DNA from: a virus
Lineage: Duplodnaviria; Heunggongvirae; Uroviricota; Caudoviricetes
DNA length: 31,354 nucleotides
Virus record (IMG/VR): IMGVR_UViG_2802429225_000007
Coordinates: 1-31,354 of that record
Strand: one strand, 5' to 3'
The translations under genes were made by a program, and so were the position numbers. How positions within the stretch are numbered: position 1 is the first letter of the stretch; each line of letters opens with the position of its first letter. Below are positions 27,955 through 31,354 of the stretch, in pieces. The notes below the pieces were generated by a model. It saw only the letters and a program-made list of their open reading frames with translations. It did no database searches and had not been told where the DNA came from.

Positions 27955-29372
27955 ATGAACAAAGAACAACTGGCGGCAACGCAGCGTCAGGCGCGTTCAA
28001 TGGAATGTGCACGCGCAAACAACCTCGACTTCCGTTTTTACGGAACCAGTAACACTAAGCGCAAAACCCTGTACAGAGAGTTCGGTTACCCCGAAGTATT
28101 AGGGTTTGATGATTTTTATCGCGCATATAAGCGAAATGCAGTTGCGCGTGCTGCTGTCCGTCGTGTCATTGATAACTGTTGGCAGGACAACCCCGAAATA
28201 TTTGAGGGGGGGGGGAGAAAGAGGACGGCGCGAAAAAGGACAGCGCGTGGGATAAGCGCGTTAATAAATTATTTAAAAAGTTGTGGAAACAAATTAAAGG
28301 CGCGGATCGTCGAAACCTCGTAGGCAATTGTTCCGCGCTGCTGATTCAACTAAAAGATGGTGGTAAGTGGCATGCTCCTGTTAATACCACAACGGTAAGG
28401 TCGTTGCAGGAAAAGGCGCTTGTGCGTCTTATCCCAGTATGGGAAGCGCAGCTGGACGTTTCTCAGTGGAATAACGACCCGGACAGTGACACGTTCGGGA
28501 TGCCGAAAATGTACCAGTTCACGGAAATGCCTGTCGGCAGTGAGAGTGGCAGGCCAGGACGCATCATTGATGTTCACCCGGATCGCGTTTTTATTCTGGC
28601 TGAGGGCGCTGATGATGACGGTATGGATGGTGAGTCCATGCTGGAGGCGGGATTCAATAAATTATTGGATATTGAAAAAATCTCCGGTGGCAGCGCCGAA
28701 GGCTTTCTGAAGAATGCCAGCCGCCAGCTTAATTTCAATTTCAGCGCCAAAACCAACTTTTCCCAACTTGCCCGCGCCCTTGGCGTCTCTGAGTCTGAAT
28801 TATCTGATGCTATGGATGAACAGACCCGCAGACTAAATAACAACACGGATAGCGCAGTGATGATGCAAGAGGGTGATACCAGCGTCCTTTCCGTCGCCGC
28901 AGCAGATCCAGAGCCAACATGGCGAACGGCGCTTAATGAGTTTTGCGCCACAATCCCGGTTCCCGTGAAAATTCTTATCGGTATGCAGACAGGTGAACGC
29001 GCCAGTACCGAGGACATGAAAGACTGGGCGAAAACCGGTAATGCACGCCGCGCAGGTTTTCTGACAGATGTCATTGAGGGGGTTGTGCGGTGGTTTATCC
29101 ATCTCGAAATAATTCCCGCCCCCAGCGAAGAAGAGATCACGATCCACTGGAGTGACCTGCTTGCTCCTGGGCAGGTCGAAAAAATCGACAACATGAACAA
29201 AATGGCAGACGTGGCAGTGAAAACCACTAACGCGTTTGGTCGTGCGGCAATAACTGAAAATGAAATTCGTTCTGTTGGTGAGTTCCCGCCACTGAAAGAA
29301 TTTGAAGAGGAAAATGATGACGACCAGCCAAAGCAGACTGATCCTCTGGTCGGTTCAGAGGGAGACGCGTAA
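27955..29372 (+). CDS. portal protein, putative, reading frame interrupted at a G10 run 28206-28215
   Basis: track ORFs 27955-28323 and 28281-29372 are parts of one gene; G11 would give ...EGGGEKEDGAKKDSAWDKRVNKLFKKLWKQ...; position after terminase. Confidence 0.55.
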
Positions 29373-30333
29373 AAGTCCGGTAATACCACGGTCACGCACC
29401 GATCCTACCTTGTCACGAAATGCCGTGAAGAGAATGGCTGGCGATATTGAGAATCGCTATTTCGCCATAAAAAACGCACTGAAAAACCAGCTTGATATGC
29501 TCCTGCAAGGGCATTCTGCTGCGACAAACAGCCAACCATGGCACTTCCTTTGTCATGACGTGGATGATTCTTCAATGCTGTACCGGGTTAACGCGAGCAC
29601 CTACGTTTGCGACATGTCTGGACGGCAGTTGGCAGGCCTGTTACAGATTGTGCAGATGATATTGGATGACTATCTACTGGAGGGGGGCTCGCATAATATC
29701 TGGGCGATGTCGTATGTGGTGGCGGAGTTCAAACGTGGAACTCACCAGGCTTACAACAGCCTTTCTCAGCAGTCCTCTGTTTACGCCAGCCAGACGACCT
29801 TTCCGCAGTTGTTAAGTATGCCTGCATATCAAAACCAGATTGCGGCTGCGTATGTTTCAACTTACAGCGACTGGAAGGGCATTGCTGATACGGCGCGTGT
29901 GGATCTCGCCAGTATTATTGCCAACGGCATAGGTCGGGGTGTTAACCCGAGAGACCTGGCTAGTACTATCAGCAAACGTCTTGATGTATCGAAGGCGAAA
30001 GCAAAATCTATTGCCCAGACGGAACAGGTTGGTGCTCTACGCGAAGCACTGTGGAATGAAGCCGACTGGGCGTCGTCAAGGCTTGGCCTGAATACCGGCC
30101 TGTTGTGGTTGTCTACGCTCAAGCCGACGACTCGTGCCTGGCACGCCGGTCGTCACGGTAAGGGCTATACCACTAAAGATGTGAGGGAATTCTACGCTGA
30201 GAACGGAAATCGGTACAACTGCTACTGTAGTCAGATACCGGTACTGCTCAATGACGACGGCAGTATCTTCAATGAAGGACTGACAGATAAGTTGACAACT
30301 GAACGCAAGCAGTGGAAACATGATTCTAATTAG
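29302..30333 (+). CDS. head morphogenesis protein (Mu F / SPP1 gp7-like), putative
   Basis: 343-aa ORF following the portal gene; alternative starts at 29314/29317. Confidence 0.5.
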   Translation: MKRKMMTTSQSRLILWSVQRETRKSPVIPRSRTDPTLSRNAVKRMAGDIENRYFAIKNALKNQLDMLLQGHSAATNSQPWHFLCHDVDDSSMLYRVNASTYVCDMSGRQLAGLLQIVQMILDDYLLEGGSHNIWAMSYVVAEFKRGTHQAYNSLSQQSSVYASQTTFPQLLSMPAYQNQIAAAYVSTYSDWKGIADTARVDLASIIANGIGRGVNPRDLASTISKRLDVSKAKAKSIAQTEQVGALREALWNEADWASSRLGLNTGLLWLSTLKPTTRAWHAGRHGKGYTTKDVREFYAENGNRYNCYCSQIPVLLNDDGSIFNEGLTDKLTTERKQWKHDSN

Positions 30334-30370
30334 TGCTAAATAACATCATCATAGTTTTCATGGTATTAAG

Positions 30371-30886
30371 TTGATGAGTATTACACCTCAGGAAGTTGGT
30401 TCATATATTCTATCCCTTATTGGTCAGATAACTATTGGGGGGGTGGTGGCTTGGTTTACTGCACGTTTCGCTTTAAGGCGCTTCCACAGTGAAAAGTGGT
30501 GGGAGAAGAAACATAAAGCTTATGGGGATCTTATAGATATCCTTATAGAGATGAAAGCTATATACCTCGCAGCGTCAAACCATCATGAAAGAATACATAT
30601 AGCTGAGCAAAGGTTGTCTGAAGTTCCTGATTATTATTTCGACTGGAGTCAATTTAAGGTTTTAAAGAAGCAATTGAGGCGCTTGTATGTCTTGGCTCCA
30701 ATATCTTTGAGTGAAATAACTAAAGAGCACTTAACTTGGTTTTTTTCATTAGACGCTAATGCTGATGAGATGATACATGAGGAAAATTATCCAGAGCAGG
30801 CTGCTTATAACGATATGGCTCTTGAGGTAGACAACCTGATTGAACTGATTGTGGATGATGCTAAGCATGAGCTTAACTTTAAGTGA
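30371..30886 (+). CDS. AT-rich moron protein with N-terminal TM helix
   Basis: 171 aa; hydrophobic segment IGQITIGGVVAWFTARF; AT-rich; followed by a strong terminator. Confidence 0.55.
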   Translation: MMSITPQEVGSYILSLIGQITIGGVVAWFTARFALRRFHSEKWWEKKHKAYGDLIDILIEMKAIYLAASNHHERIHIAEQRLSEVPDYYFDWSQFKVLKKQLRRLYVLAPISLSEITKEHLTWFFSLDANADEMIHEENYPEQAAYNDMALEVDNLIELIVDDAKHELNFK

Positions 30887-30902
30887 GTCTAATAGAACTA
30901 TG

Positions 30903-30924
30903 AACCCGCTTCGGCGGGTTTTTT
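30903..30924 (+). terminator. rho-independent terminator
   Basis: AACCCGC-ttcg-GCGGGTT followed by TTTTTT. Confidence 0.7.
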
Positions 30925-30955
30925 ATTGACCAAAATCCATCAAAGAGGACCCAGC

Positions 30956-31354
30956 ATGAAACGCAACCGCGTTAACGTGCTGACGGTTATCAACTCCGCT
31001 TCAAATATCACAACTGAAACCATCGACGGACGCGAGCACATTGTCGTGCACGGCGTCGTGCCTATCGTTGACGATATTGTGATGAATCGGCGTTTTTATC
31101 CGTCAGCCGAAATTCAGAAATCCTATAACACTCTCGAACGTAACCCCATGCCACTGGATCACCCGGTGATTGATGGGGAAAACGTATCTGCCAGCGATCC
31201 GCGCGCCGTGAATAACTATCACGTAGGGGCGTGGTTTCAGAATGCTCGCCATGAAAACGGACGCGTCATCGGAGATATGTACGTTGATCGCCGTTATGCG
31301 GAGAACAGCGAGAAGGGTAAGCGCCTGGTTGTGTCAACGACGGATGAAAAGTGA
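30956..31354 (+). CDS. phage head-module protein (possibly protease/scaffold-related)
   Basis: AAAGAGGAC RBS before ATG 30956 (track start 30926 probably too early); stop at window end; function by position only. Confidence 0.35.
   Translation: MKRNRVNVLTVINSASNITTETIDGREHIVVHGVVPIVDDIVMNRRFYPSAEIQKSYNTLERNPMPLDHPVIDGENVSASDPRAVNNYHVGAWFQNARHENGRVIGDMYVDRRYAENSEKGKRLVVSTTDEK

Overview
The window reads as an internal segment of a lambdoid (Rac-like) prophage in an enterobacterial-type genome, with neither integrase nor att sites in view. All calls are from reading the sequence and from recalled family signatures; no homology search was run. Order: a leftward early operon (Gp157-like gene, a 738-aa protein with Erf/Rad52-like motifs, small ORFs) downstream of a pL-like promoter and a ~670-bp gene-free leader; an immunity region (HTH repressor without a peptidase domain, Cro/YdaS-like and CII-position genes); a replication module (O-like initiator with internal iteron-like repeats, DnaB-family helicase); small nin-like genes; a large cargo block; then a Q-like gene, late promoter/terminator, holin/endolysin genes, and packaging/head genes. 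The cargo block (about 9.5-22.5 kb) holds a LexA-box-controlled pore-forming colicin-like toxin with a convergent immunity gene, an Ant-like antirepressor, two lipoproteins, tandem HNH and GIY-YIG nuclease genes, and an AT-rich island of three unrecognised genes whose intergenic regions each carry a copy of a ~60-bp palindromic element. A second LexA box precedes a 59-aa ORF upstream of the Q module. Four genes, including terminase large subunit and portal, are broken by single-base deletions in homopolymer runs, which looks more like sequencing error than biology.
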